From NCBI GenBank assembly GCA_964016885.1, contig OZ024746.1:78864001-78928000 (forward strand): a stretch of 64,000 nt of DNA. The letters are read 5' to 3'. The notes under the pieces are model-generated. The model searched no databases, was not told the origin of the DNA, and worked only from the letters and a program-made list of their open reading frames with translations. Below, one piece after another: positions 15,003 through 30,500 of the stretch. The position numbers and the translations under genes are program-made. The DNA is from Eledone cirrhosa (lineage: Eukaryota). Position 1 is the stretch's first letter; every line of letters begins with the position of its first letter.

Positions 15003-15005
<3 letters not shown>
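14441..15005. mobile_element. ~565-bp element with 51-bp terminal direct repeats, embedded in (TA)n
   Basis: 'tgaaaaaatggggagaagaatactgc(t/a)ggttgcacatggataacatgtaat' at 14441 and 14955. Confidence 0.7.
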
Positions 15006-15093
<88 letters not shown>

Positions 15094-15096
15094 CAT

Positions 15097-15180
15097 ATGG
15101 TGGCTGCCAACTCGTTTTCGAGTACGGCCACTACTTTATATCCATGTAGGAGAACCCATACCGATGCGCTGAACGAGTGA
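15097..15180 (-). mobile_element. 5'-truncated RTE-type 3' end
   Basis: Reverse complement of the 12340-12425 and 20790-20873 sequence. Confidence 0.85.
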
Positions 15181-15267
15181 TATATATAATATATATATAT
15201 ATACATATATATACATAATATATACATAATATATACATGATATATATACATATATATATATATACAT

Positions 15268-15321
<54 letters not shown>

Positions 15322-15602
15322 AAACACATCACACATCGACACTTACACACACGCTTTAGTCTATGAGTATAAGAATATATATGTTTGTCTGTACATCCAA
15401 ATGCGTATGTGAGTAGTGATTGAGGGGGAGAAAAGAGAGTAAATGAGAAATATATGTAAAGGAAGATTCCACAGCACTACTTTCCTAGAACTTTGTTTGT
15501 CGACCTTGAAAGAATAATAGGTAAAGGCAAAGTTAACCTCGGCGGGATAGGAACTCAGATCCACAGTGTCAGAATATATATATATGTGTGTGTGTGTGTG
15601 TG

Positions 15603-15770
15603 AGTCCCGGGTTCAATCAGGGGTAACCACAGTAAGTGGGGTACTCAATACTTTAGTAGTTTCAACACCATGTTTAATATAGTAAAAGCTCCTACAAAAG
15701 AAATTATGCATTTTCTGATGATTTCTTTTGAATGAAGCAGTTCTAGTGCTGTAGAAGTCATTTCTATATT
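15603..15770 (+). mobile_element. Short dispersed element with degenerate hammerhead (family shared with 42960-43095)
   Basis: CTGATGA at 15715, GAAG (instead of GAAA) at 15734, stem III cag/ctg, TA at 15752, stem I tttt/gaag. Confidence 0.6.
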
Positions 15771-15778
15771 AGAAGTCA

Positions 15779-15871
<93 letters not shown>

Positions 15872-16199
15872 TTTCAGAATTTGTTTAGGAAGATTCTTTA
15901 TCTGAAAATGTGTGTTGAAACCGATATTGTTATACTTTGGGAGGGTCATGTTGCCAATAAGAAACACACGCACCAGTTGCTTTCACTTCAATTTATTATA
16001 ATAAATTTATAAATTTAGGAATTTATAAATTTCCGGTTGGTTGGTTGGTTCCACAACCAGATGGTTGTTTATATATTGTCAAAGTTCTTTCGTCACACAT
16101 TCTGTGACTTCTTCAGTGACTGGAGATTCTTTTCTTTGTTTTTGTGCCTCTCCTTTTTTCTGTCCTACGCCATCTTGTTTTTGTCAAAAACATATATAT

Positions 16200-16946
16200 G
16201 ACTTTTCTTCCTTTACAAACACCGAGTTTTCGTCTTTTGTAACTCCTGGTACAAAACCTTTCTTCACGAGATTTTCCATCAGCACCAATTTCCTCGACAA
16301 AGACCCTTCAACATGGAAGGATGATCCTGGTTACAGAAGTGGACTTGAAGAACTTGAGAAGACAGTTGTTGTGAATGATGTTGCAGAAAGAGGTGTCAAA
16401 CTCATTCAGGATTACAATAACATTCTCACAAAAGATGAAACTGAGAAACAATTTGTTTTACAGGTAGTTACCGAAAACAATAAAACATACCCAACTGCCA
16501 CTAAATCCTCTCTTATGCTAAAATAATGTTCAATATTCAGTGTTCAGTATTCACAGAAATTTCTGTAGAAATTATTGTTGTAAATAAAAATGTTTTTCTC
16601 CTATAGAAGTTGTGTGCTTTATTAAAAAAACCTAATATTTCTTGTTTTTCATCTAATTTCAGGAATTTTTCAAATTAACTATTGGTAAATTGGATTCAGA
16701 ACGTTTTTAAAAATTTGCTGGGATTGCCTGGATGTGTCCACATAAATGTCTCTAAGAAGAAAAAAGAAAATGGTCGAGATAGGGAATACGGAGATAGTAT
16801 ACCGTTTTTGAACAGAATTAATCGTTGTGTATACTATGATCCAACTTCAAGGAGTTTGAGGTTCGCCTAACATTTGTCCGATTGAGCTGGAATTTTGCAC
16901 ACACCGTGTGTTTGTTGATTGGAACCTATTGCTAAGGACCACCCTA
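16200..16946 (+). mobile_element. 3' fragment of a DNA transposon (hAT, probably hATm-like): transposase C-terminus + right TIR
   Basis: ORF end ...FLDKDPSTW...VVNDVAERGVKLIQDYNNILTKDETEKQFVLQVV...; aataaa at ~16583; terminus 'ggaccacccta' (TAGGGTG-type end) abutting (TA)n. Subfamily assigned from recall. Confidence 0.65.
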
Positions 16947-17020
16947 ATATATATATATATATATATATGTTGATTTAAAACTGCACTATCAACAAGTGGT
17001 TTTTTTAGCCTTCATATCAT

Positions 17021-17106
17021 GTTCTCCTGTTTTATCTGATGAAAACACAAATATTATTGCTTGATGATGTTTGTTTTTGAAATGCGCATAATAAAATATA
17101 TGGAAC
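17021..17106 (+). ncRNA. Type I hammerhead ribozyme motif (intact core)
   Basis: tgttttat-CTGATGA(17036)-stem II aaacacaaatat/atgtttgttttt-GAAA(17079)-palindromic tgcgca-TA-ataaaata; distal gttc/gaac. Confidence 0.8.
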
Positions 17107-17129
17107 TCCTTTAACCATCTTTTGATCTT

Positions 17130-17794
<665 letters not shown>

Positions 17795-18416
17795 AAAGTA
17801 TGACCCCATACTTTTTCCTATTTCCCACTCTATTACCCTAAGTATTAAGTACTCTGGTGCGTTATGGTCCATCTGGTTCCTTACCACATTTCCTTTGTTA
17901 TATATATATATAATAAGCATATTTATCAATGTCAGGACCGTAAATAAGTAAATATACAATCTAATCCAAGAAGAGAGCGTAAAGATTAGTTTGTAAAATT
18001 TAAATGTCAGCAGCCTAGAGGGCAGTGAGCTCAGTGCGTATTATATGCAATACAAGTGTTTAGAGAGGATAAAACATAGCTTAAGCCAAGCATTAAATAT
18101 ATAGGCAGAGCGTAAATATCAAAGTTATAATCTTTTATTTTTTTACCTGTTCCAACCATCCGGCTGAGGCCATGCTGGGGCACTGCCCTTTTAGTTAAAA
18201 AAATTCAACCAAAACTCCTGAAGAAGTGTTTATTAGTTTACAATTGTTTCGGGGAAAGAGAGTCAAAATTCAATTAATCTATCCATCCATCTATCTATCT
18301 ATCTATCTATATATATATATATATATATACTGTATATATATATATATATATATGCATTTTTTCCTAGACCTATTGTTGACATATATAATCAGCGTACAAT
18401 TCCATTTTTCTCCATT

Positions 18417-18502
18417 TTAAGCCAACTGCTAAATGACTATACTTAGCTGATGAGATTTAACAACATCGAAACATGTTCGTGGCTTTCACCAGTTGGCATT
18501 AA
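18417..18502 (+). ncRNA. Hammerhead-like motif, proximal stem I weak
   Basis: CTGATGA(18447)-gat...atc-GAAA(18468)-catg-TT; distal gccaactg/cagttggc pairing. Confidence 0.55.
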
Positions 18503-18881
18503 GACAATATCCACATCCAATTGCATTCCTAAAGTTTTCAGAAAAAAAAATGGATCTACTGATATTGTGAGAGATTTCTCCATTACTCGTACTTACTGCT
18601 TTTAGATTTGAAACCTTCGAAAGGGAGTTTTTGTCTTCAAATCGCGAAGATAATATTGTTTGCAGTAATTCGCCCATCATTTTTGACAAGTGAAATAATA
18701 CTGTATCCTAGACTCTACACATTATTGATATTGCTTGTCTGTTTCTATATGTTAGTATGTTTGTATGCGTGTATATGTGTGCATCTGATCATCATCATCA
18801 TCATTTTATGTCCGCTTTTAAAAAAATGATGATGGTGATGATGATATGCACACATATACACGCATACAAACATACTAACAG

Positions 18882-18914
<33 letters not shown>

Positions 18915-18915
18915 C

Positions 18916-18952
<37 letters not shown>

Positions 18953-19106
18953 CACATACATACGCCCATGCACACATTCACACATACACACATACATACG
19001 CCCATGCACACATTCACACATACACACACACACGCACGTACACACTCACACACATATATATAATAACATACATATAGTCCATCATACACACACATATATA
19101 TATATG

Positions 19107-19138
<32 letters not shown>

Positions 19139-19549
19139 CGTGTGTGTGTGTGAGTGTGTGATCGAATATATGTATGTTATTATATGTGCGTCTGTGTACA
19201 TATGGTGACTACGTTTGCCTGTGTGTATGTATGCGTGTGTTTCACTGTGCAGTTACATAAATTTTGTGTGCGATTGTATATACAAACGACAATTTGAAGA
19301 CAAAACCACGACAGCTTTCGAGATGTTTTACATGATTCTTGTAATTTGGTAAATGGCATCACAGTTTTGATGCCATTTTGTCTAGAATAACATCGTTTAT
19401 TAAATTAGTTTTACCGGTATACAGTGATGTCTTGCTGTTTGATTTGGCTCGTATTTTATCAATTCTTTTTTGTTTTTGTTTTTGTTTTTGTTTCTTCTGC
19501 TTAGTGAGAGAAAGAAAGGCAATATTCATGATGACTCTTTTAGTCGCGC

Positions 19550-19901
19550 ACCAGAAGGGACAGGGGCATTAACGTCACGTTAGTGGAAGGGGTCAAACAT
19601 CGTGTTTCCTCGTATTTCTCCCTCGTCACAAAACAACTCAGTGGTATCACAGTAAACTCTTATTTTCGCTGACCTAGTGTTCGTGGACTGGATAAGAAAA
19701 AAGGGATGCCGCCGAAATAGCTTGTGGTAGAACATGTTAAATTCTTTACCTTGGGTGGTCCTTATTGGTTGTCTCTGTTATCTACCTGCATAACCCAAGA
19801 ATCATACTCACCCAAACTCTGTCCAGAGAGTAGAGTTCCGTAAGACACATCGTTTGAGCCCTTCCGCTAATGTGACCTCATAGTCCCTGTCCTTCCCGGT
19901 A
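19550..19901. repeat. Imperfect ~65-bp inverted repeats around a ~220-bp spacer (MITE/foldback-like)
   Basis: accagaagggacagggg...gtcacgttagtggaaggggtcaaac versus gtttgagcccttccgctaatgtgac...ccctgtccttcccggt. Confidence 0.7.
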
Positions 19902-20059
19902 CAAGATGCACTACCACACAAAAACTGGTAACTTCGAATCTATGGCTAACCCTAATGTTTACAGCAGAGTGGAGTCTTCTAATGAACAGAGATTAGTTAA
20001 ACCCAGCAACGGGTTAAATCTACCTCTCCAAAATTATGTATATATGTTCTTTTGGTTTT

Positions 20060-20268
20060 GCAGAATTGGTAGAGCGTCGGACACCTTGCTTCGCAGCATA
20101 GTTACGTCTCTTTACATTCTGAGTTCAAATCCCGCCGAGGTTAACTTTGCCTTTAATCCTTACGGGGTCGATAAAATAAAGCACCAGTAATGCACTGGGG
20201 TCGATTTAATCGACTTTCCCCTACCCTTCAAATTGCTGGCCTTGTGCCTAATGTAGAAACAAATAATT
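20060..20268 (+). mobile_element. SINE family A
   Basis: gagttcaaatcccgccgaggttaactttgcc...ggggtcgataaaataaag...tggccttgtgcc. Confidence 0.9.
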
Positions 20269-20440
20269 TATAAAATTTCAACAATAGACAGTCAGGTTCT
20301 AACATAGAAACAAGACTCTTTAATTGGAATTTACACAACTTCAACAAGGTAAATACGTATATATGCCTGTACGTGTGCGCGCGCGTGCGTGCGTGCGTGC
20401 ATGCGTGCGTGCGTGCGTGCGTGCGTGCGTGTGTGCGTGC

Positions 20441-20471
<31 letters not shown>

Positions 20472-20732
20472 CACAGGCATAGATCTTATTGCATGTGTGG
20501 ATCTCTATGTGTTGAGTTATATGTACGCACGCGCATGTGTTTCTGTATCTATACATGAGTATATACAGTTACTGCATGCTGAATTTCTTAAATGTTTTAC
20601 ATATTTTTACAGTTCCATTAATGGAGTGTACTTGCAACTTCCTAACTAGCCGTACCCTTCCTGGTTCTGTGAATCCCTGCTTCTCAAGATTTGTATGTAT
20701 GTATGTATGTATGTATGTATGTATGTATGTAT

Positions 20733-20873
20733 GTCACAAGTGTAGTGTTTGTACCAGAGTTTTCAAGTCGCTGGCTGGACTAAAAAGTCACACTCGTTCA
20801 GCGCATCGGTAGGGGTTCTCCTGCATGGATATAAAGTAGTGGCCGTACTCGAAAACGAGTTGGCAGCCACCAT
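20733..20873 (+). mobile_element. RTE-type 3' end with C2H2 finger, in (GTAT)n
   Basis: Nearly identical to 12285-12425. Confidence 0.85.
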
Positions 20874-21127
20874 GTATGCATGCATGTATATATGTATATA
20901 TATATATGTAATGTCTGCTGGGCACACGGGCAGTGGGGCGTGTGCTTTTTCCTGCCGGCGACATATCGGACATCTCGGTTGTTCATCTGAGGATGCCGTT
21001 CTCATGGTCAGCCGCAGGTGCATGGGGGGCATCTCGATTGCAGGAGGGGGGGGGGGGGCGTGGAGGTAGTTATGGTGATTGAGCGATGTGTGTGGCCTCG
21101 GCATCTTATTTTGTTGTTTTATGTATG

Positions 21128-21198
<71 letters not shown>

Positions 21199-21535
21199 AT
21201 GTATGTATTTAATTGTGTGTGAAATACGCAAATCATTTCTCACTAACAGGTATATAGATAAAAAGTCGGCTGACATTAATTTCAGGTGTATTTACCATAT
21301 TTTTTATTCAAGAACTTCAATTAGGGCATTGATGTTACAGACACCAAAATTGTACAAACATTTTGAACACATTCGATGAATAATTTGTAAACAAACATTA
21401 AATAATCATTCCATATTCCAAGCAGTTTACAGTCGGTATACTCCCCCCAAACATTCCACAATCAACATACATATTTACAAACATTCTACAGTCTACAACC
21501 TTATTTACAAAGTCTACAAACAATTCTCACATTTC

Positions 21536-24500
21536 ACAGTCTATATACATATTGACATAGCCTACAGTCAGTTATACAGTCTACAGTAAATATATATATT
21601 GACATAGCCTACAGTCAGTTATACAGTCTACAGTAAATATATATATTGACATAGCCTACAGTCAGTTATACAGTCTACAGTAAATATATATATTGACATA
21701 GACTACAGACAGTTATACAGTCTACAGTAAATATATATATTGACATAGCCTACAGTCAGTTATACAGTCGACAGTAAATATACATATTGACATAGACTAC
21801 AGTCAGTTATACAGTCTACAGTAAATATATATATTGACATAGCCTACAGACAGTTATACAGTCTACAGTAAATATACATATTGACATAGACTACAGACAG
21901 TTATACAGTCTACAGTAAATATACATATTGACATAGACTACAGACAGTTATACAGTCTACAGTAAATATACATATTGACATAGCCTACAGTCAGTTATAC
22001 AGTCTACAGTAAATATATATATTGACATAGCCTACAGACAGTTATACAGTCTACAGTAAATATATATATTGACATAGCCTACAGACAGTTATACAGTCTA
22101 CAGTAAATATATATATTGACATAGCCTACAGTCAGTTATACAGTCTACAGTAAATATACATATTGACATAGACTACAGACAGTTATACAGCCTACAGTAA
22201 ATATACATATTGACATAGACTACAGACAGTTATACAGCCTACAGTAAATATACATATTGACATAGCCTACAGACAGTTATACAGTCTACAGTAAATATAT
22301 ATATTGACATAGACTACAGACAGTTATACAGTCTACAGTAAATATACACATTGACATAGACTACAGACAGTTATACAGTCGACAGTAAATATACATATTG
22401 ACATAGCCTACAGACAGTTATACAGTCTACAGTAAATATACATATTGACATAGCCTACAGACAGTTATACAGTCTACAGTAAATATATATATTGACATAG
22501 ACTACAGACAGTTATACAGTCTACAGTAAATATACACATTGACATAGACTACAGACAGTTATACAGTCGACAGTAAATATACATATTGACATAGCCTACA
22601 GACAGTTATACAGTCTACAGTAAATATACATATTGACATAGCCTACAGACAGTTATACAGTCTACAGTAAATATACACATTGACATAGACTACAGACAGT
22701 TATACAGTCTACAGTAAATATACATATTGACATAGCCTACAGACAGTTATACAGTCTACAGTAAATATACATATTGACATAGCCTACAGACAGTTATACA
22801 GTCTACAGTAAATATATATATTGACATAGACTACAGACAGTTATACAGTCTACAGTAAATATACACATTGACATAGACTACAGACAGTTATACAGTCGAC
22901 AGTAAATATACATATTGACATAGCCTACAGACAGTTATACAGTCTACAGTAAATATACATATTGACATAGCCTACAGTCAGTTATACAGTCTACAGTAAA
23001 TATATATATTGACATAGCCTACAGACAGTTATACAGTCTACAGTAAATATACATATTGACATAGCCTACAGACAGTTATACAGTCTACAGTAAATATACA
23101 CATTGACATAGACTACAGACAGTTATACAGTCGACAGTAAATATATATATTGACATAGCCTACAGTCAGTTATACAGTCTACAGTAAATATACATATTGA
23201 CATAGACTACAGACAGTTATACAGTCGACAGTAAATATACACATTGACATAGACTACAGACAGTTATACAGTCTACAGTAAATATATATATTGACATAGC
23301 CTACAGACAGTTATACAGTCTACAGTAAATATACACATTGACATAGACTACAGACAGTTATACAGTCGACAGTAAATATATATATTGACATAGCCTACAG
23401 TCAGTTATACAGTCTACAGTAAATATACATATTGACATAGCCTACAGACAGTTATACAGTCTACAGTAAATATATATATTGACATAGACTACAGACAGTT
23501 ATACAGTCTACAGTAAATATATATATTGACATAGCCTACAGACAGTTATACAGTCTACAGTAAATATACATATTGACATAGACTACAGACAGTTATACAG
23601 TCTACAGTAAATATACATATTGACATAGCCTACAGACAGTTATACAGTCTACAGTAAATATACACATTGACATAGACTACAGACAGTTATACAGTCGACA
23701 GTAAATATATATATTGACATAGCCTACAGTCAGTTATACAGTCTACAGTAAATATACATATTGACATAGACTACAGACAGTTATACAGTCGACAGTAAAT
23801 ATACACATTGACATAGACTACAGACAGTTATACAGTCTACAGTAAATATATATATTGACATAGCCTACAGACAGTTATACAGTCTACAGTAAATATACAT
23901 ATTGACATAGCCTACAGTCAGTTATACAGCCTACAGTAAATATACATATTGACATAGACTACAGACAGTTATACAGTCTACAGTAAATATACACATTGAC
24001 ATAGACTACAGACAGTTATACAGTCGACAGTAAATATACACATTGACATAGACTACAGACAGTTATACAGTCTACAGTAAATATACATATTGACATAGAC
24101 TACAGACAGTTATACAGTCTACAGTAAATATACATATTGACATAGACTACAGACAGTTATACAGTCTACAGTAAATATATATATTGACATAGACTACAGA
24201 CAGTTATACAGCCTACAGTAAATATACATATTGACATAGACTACAGACAGTTATACAGCCTACAGTAAATATACATATTGACATAGCCTACAGTCAGTTA
24301 TACAGTCTACAGTAAATATATATATTGACATAGCCTACAGACAGTTATACAGTCTACAGTAAATATATATATTGACATAGACTACAGACAGTTATACAGT
24401 CTACAGTAAATATACATATTGACATAGACTACAGACAGTTATACAGTCTACAGTAAATATACATATTGACATAGACTACAGACAGTTATACAGCCTACAG

Positions 24501-27500
24501 TAAATATACATATTGACATAGCCTACAGACAGTTATACAGTCTACAGTAAATATATATATTGACATAGACTACAGACAGTTATACAGCCTACAGTAAATA
24601 TACATATTGACATAGCCTACAGACAGTTATACAGTCTACAGTAAATATATATATTGACATAGACTACAGACAGTTATACAGCCTACAGTAAATATACATA
24701 TTGACATAGACTACAGACAGTTATACAGCCTACAGTAAATATACATATTGACATAGACTACAGACAGTTATACAGCCTACAGTAAATATACATATTGACA
24801 TAGCCTACAGTCAGTTATACAGTCTACAGTAAATATACATATTGACATAGACTACAGACAGTTATACAGTCTACAGTAAATATACATATTGACATAGACT
24901 ACAGACAGTTATACAGTCTACAGTAAATATACATATTGACATAGACTACAGACAGTTATACAGTCTACAGTAAATATACATATTGACATAGCCTACAGTC
25001 AGTTATACAGTCTACAGTAAATATATATATTGACATAGCCTACAGACAGTTATACAGTCTACAGTAAATATACATATTGACATAGACTACAGACAGTTAT
25101 ACAGTCTACAGTAAATATACATATTGACATAGACTACAGACAGTTATACAGTCTACAGTAAATATACATATTGACATAGCCTACAGTCAGTTATACAGTC
25201 TACAGTAAATATACATATTGACATAGACTACAGACAGTTATACAGTCTACAGTAAATATACATATTGACATAGCCTACAGACAGTTATACAGTCTACAGT
25301 AAATATACATATTGACATAGACTACAGACAGTTATACAGTCTACAGTAAATATATATATTGACATAGACTACAGACAGTTATACAGTCTACAGTAAATAT
25401 ACATATTGACATAGACTACAGACAGTTATACAGTCTACAGTAAATATATATATTGACATAGACTACAGACAGTTATACAGCCTACAGTAAATATACATAT
25501 TGACATAGACTACAGACAGTTATACAGTCTACAGTAAATATACATATTGACATAGACTACAGACAGTTATACAGTCTACAGTAAATATATATATTGACAT
25601 AGACTACAGACAGTTATACAGCCTACAGTAAATATACATATTGACATAGACTACAGACAGTTATACAGTCTACAGTAAATATACATATTGACATAGCCTA
25701 CAGTCAGTTATACAGTCTACAGTAAATATACATATTGACATAGACTACAGACAGTTATACAGTCTACAGTAAATATACATATTGACATAGACTACAGACA
25801 GTTATACAGTCTACAGTAAATATACATATTGACATAGACTACAGACAGTTATACAGTCTACAGTAAATATACACATTGACATAGACTACAGACAGTTATA
25901 CAGTCGACAGTAAATATACATATTGACATAGACTACAGACAGTTATACAGTCTACAGTAAATATATATATTGACATAGACTACAGACAGTTATACAGCCT
26001 ACAGTAAATATACATATTGACATAGCCTACAGACAGTTATACAGTCTACAGTAAATATATATATTGACATAGCCTACAGACAGTTATACAGTCTACAGTA
26101 AATATATATATTGACATAGCCTACAGTCAGTTATACAGTCTACAGTAAATATACATATTGACATAGACTACAGACAGTTATACAGTCTACAGTAAATATA
26201 CATATTGACATAGCCTACAGTCAGTTATACAGTCTACAGTAAATATACATATTGACATAGACTACAGACAGTTATACAGTCTACAGTAAATATACATATT
26301 GACATAGACTACAGACAGTTATACAGTCTACAGTAAATATACATATTGACATAGACTACAGACAGTTATACAGTCGACAGTAAATATACATATTGACATA
26401 GACTACAGACAGTTATACAGTCTACAGTAAATATATATATTGACATAGACTACAGACAGTTATACAGCCTACAGTAAATATACATATTGACATAGACTAC
26501 AGACAGTTATACAGTCTACAGTCTATATACATATTGACATAGCCTACAGACAGTTATACAGCCTACAGTAAATATACATATTGACATAGACTACAGACAG
26601 TTATACAGTCTACAGTCTATATACATATTGACATAGCCTACAGACAGTTATACAGTCTACAGTAAATATATATATTGACATAGCCTACAGACAGTTATAC
26701 AGTCTACAGTAAATATATATATTGACATAGCCTACAGTCAGTTATACAGTCTACAGTCTATATACATATTGACATAGCCTACAGACAGTTATACAGTCTA
26801 CAGTAAATATATATATTGACATAGCCTACAGACAGTTATACAGTCTACAGTAAATATATATATTGACATAGCCTACAGTCAGTTATACAGTCTACAGTAA
26901 ATATACATATTGACATAGACTACAGACAGTTATACAGTCTACAGTAAATATACATATTGACATAGCCTACAGACAGTTATACAGTCTACAGTAAATATAT
27001 ATATTGACATAGCCTACAGTCAGTTATACAGTCTACAGTAAATATACATATTGACATAGACTACAGACAGTTATACAGTCTACAGTAAATATACATATTG
27101 ACATAGCCTACAGACAGTTATACAGTCTACAGTAAATATATATATTGACATAGCCTACAGACAGTTATACAGTCTACAGTAAATATATATATTGACATAG
27201 CCTACAGTCAGTTATACAGTCTACAGTAAATATACATATTGACATAGACTACAGACAGTTATACAGTCTACAGTAAATATACATATTGACATAGACTACA
27301 GACAGTTATACAGTCTACAGTAAATATATATATTGACATAGCCTACAGACAGTTATACAGTCTACAGTAAATATATATATTGACATAGCCTACAGTCAGT
27401 TATACAGTCTACAGTAAATATATATATTGACATAGACTACAGACAGTTATACAGCCTACAGTAAATATACATATTGACATAGCCTACAGACAGTTATACA

Positions 27501-30500
27501 GTCTACAGTAAATATATATATTGACATAGACTACAGACAGTTATACAGTCTACAGTAAATATATATATTGACATAGACTACAGACAGTTATACAGCCTAC
27601 AGTAAATATACATATTGACATAGACTACAGACAGTTATACAGTCTACAGTAAATATACATATTGACATAGACTACAGACAGTTATACAGCCTACAGTAAA
27701 TATACATATTGACATAGACTACAGACAGTTATACAGCCTACAGTAAATATACATATTGACATAGCCTACAGACAGTTATACAGTCTACAGTAAATATACA
27801 TATTGACATAGACTACAGACAGTTATACAGTCTACAGTAAATATACATATTGACATAGCCTACAGTCAGTTATACAGTCTACAGTAAATATATATATTGA
27901 CATAGCCTACAGACAGTTATACAGTCTACAGTAAATATATATATTGACATAGACTACAGACAGTTATACAGTCTACAGTAAATATACATATTGACATAGA
28001 CTACAGACAGTTATACAGTCTACAGTAAATATATATATTGACATAGACTACAGACAGTTATACAGCCTACAGTAAATATACATATTGACATAGACTACAG
28101 ACAGTTATACAGTCTACAGTAAATATACATATTGACATAGACTACAGACAGTTATACAGTCTACAGTAAATATATATATTGACATAGACTACAGACAGTT
28201 ATACAGCCTACAGTAAATATACATATTGACATAGACTACAGACAGTTATACAGTCTACAGGAAATATATATATTGACATAGACTACAGACAGTTATACAG
28301 TCTACAGTAAATATACACATTGACATAGCCTACAGTCAGTTATACAGTCTACAGTAAATATATATATTGACATAGCCTACAGTCAGTTATACAGTCTACA
28401 GTAAATATACATATTGACATAGCCTACAGTCAGTTATACAGTCTACAGTAAATATACATATTGACATAGACTACAGACAGTTATACAGTCTACAGTAAAT
28501 ATACATATTGACATAGCCTACAGACAGTTATACAGCCTACAGTAAATATACATATTGACATAGCCTACAGTCAGTTATACAGTCTACAGTAAATATACAT
28601 ATTGACATAGACTACAGTCAGTTATACAGTCTACAGTAAATATACATATTGACATAGACTACAGACAGTTATACAGTCTACAGTAAATATACATATTGAC
28701 ATAGCCTACAGTCAGTTATACAGTCTACAGTAAATATACATATTGACATAGACTACAGACAGTTATACAGTCTACAGTAAATATACATATTGACATAGCC
28801 TACAGACAGTTATACAGCCTACAGTAAATATACATATTGACATAGACTACAGACAGTTATACAGTCTACAGTAAATATACATATTGACATAGACTACAGA
28901 CAGTTATACAGTCTACAGTAAATATATATATTGACATAGCCTACAGACAGTTATACAGCCTACAGTAAATATACATATTGACATAGACTACAGACAGTTA
29001 TACAGCCTACAGTAAATATACATATTGACATAGCCTACAGACAGTTATACAGTCTACAGTAAATATACATATTGACATAGACTACAGACAGTTATACAGT
29101 CTACAGTAAATATACATATTGACATAGACTACAGTCAGTTATACAGTCTACAGTAAATATACATATTGACATAGACTACAGACAGTTATACAGTCTACAG
29201 TCTATATACATATTGACATAGCCTACAGACAGTTATACAGTCTACAGTAAATATACACATTGACATAGACTACAGTCAGTTATACAGTCTACAGTAAATA
29301 TACATATTGACATAGACTACAGACAGTTATACAGTCTACAGTCTATATACATATTGACATAGCCTACAGACAGTTATACAGTCTACAGTAAATATATATA
29401 TTGACATAGACTACAGACAGTTATACAGTCTACAGTAAATATACATATTGACATAGCCTACAGTCAGTTATACAGTCTACAGTCTATATACATATTGACA
29501 TAGCCTACAGACAGTTATACAGTCTACAGTAAATATACATATTGACATAGACTACAGACAGTTATACAGTCTACAGTCTATATACATATTGACATAGCCT
29601 ACAGACAGTTATACAGTCTACAGTAAATATATATATTGACATAGACTACAGACAGTTATACAGTCTACAGTAAATATACATATTGACATAGCCTACAGTC
29701 AGTTATACAGTCTACAGTCTATATACATATTGACATAGACTACAGACAGTTATACAGTCTACAGTAAATATACATATTGACATAGCCTACAGACAGTTAT
29801 ACAGTCTACAGTAAATATATATATTGACATAGCCTACAGTCAGTTATACAGTCTACAGTAAATATACATATTGACATAGACTACAGACAGTTATACAGTC
29901 TACAGTAAATATACATATTGACATAGCCTACAGACAGTTATACAGTCTACAGTAAATATACATATTGACATAGCCTACAGACAGTTATACAGTCTACAGT
30001 AAATATACATATTGACATAGACTACAGACAGTTATACAGTCTACAGTAAATATATATATTGACATAGCCTACAGTCAGTTATACAGTCTACAGTAAATAT
30101 ACATATTGACATAGACTACAGACAGTTATACAGTCTACAGTAAATATACATATTGACATAGCCTACAGTCAGTTATACAGTCTACAGTAAATATACATAT
30201 TGACATAGACTACAGACAGTTATACAGTCTACAGTAAATATACATATTGACATAGACTACAGACAGTTATACAGTCTACAGTAAATATACATATTGACAT
30301 AGACTACAGACAGTTATACAGTCGACAGTAAATATACATATTGACATAGACTACAGACAGTTATACAGTCTACAGTAAATATATATATTGACATAGACTA
30401 CAGACAGTTATACAGCCTACAGTAAATATACATATTGACATAGACTACAGACAGTTATACAGTCTACAGTCTATATACATATTGACATAGCCTACAGACA

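Noticed and set aside
19751-19765. gggtggtcctta matching the hAT terminus at 16935-16946
   Set aside because: Only 12 bp, oriented outward relative to the transposase fragment, and lying inside another element.
21552-21580. Each 47-mer contains TTGACA-N17-TACAGT, resembling a sigma70 promoter
   Set aside because: Coincidental in animal satellite DNA; at most relevant to instability when cloned in E. coli.
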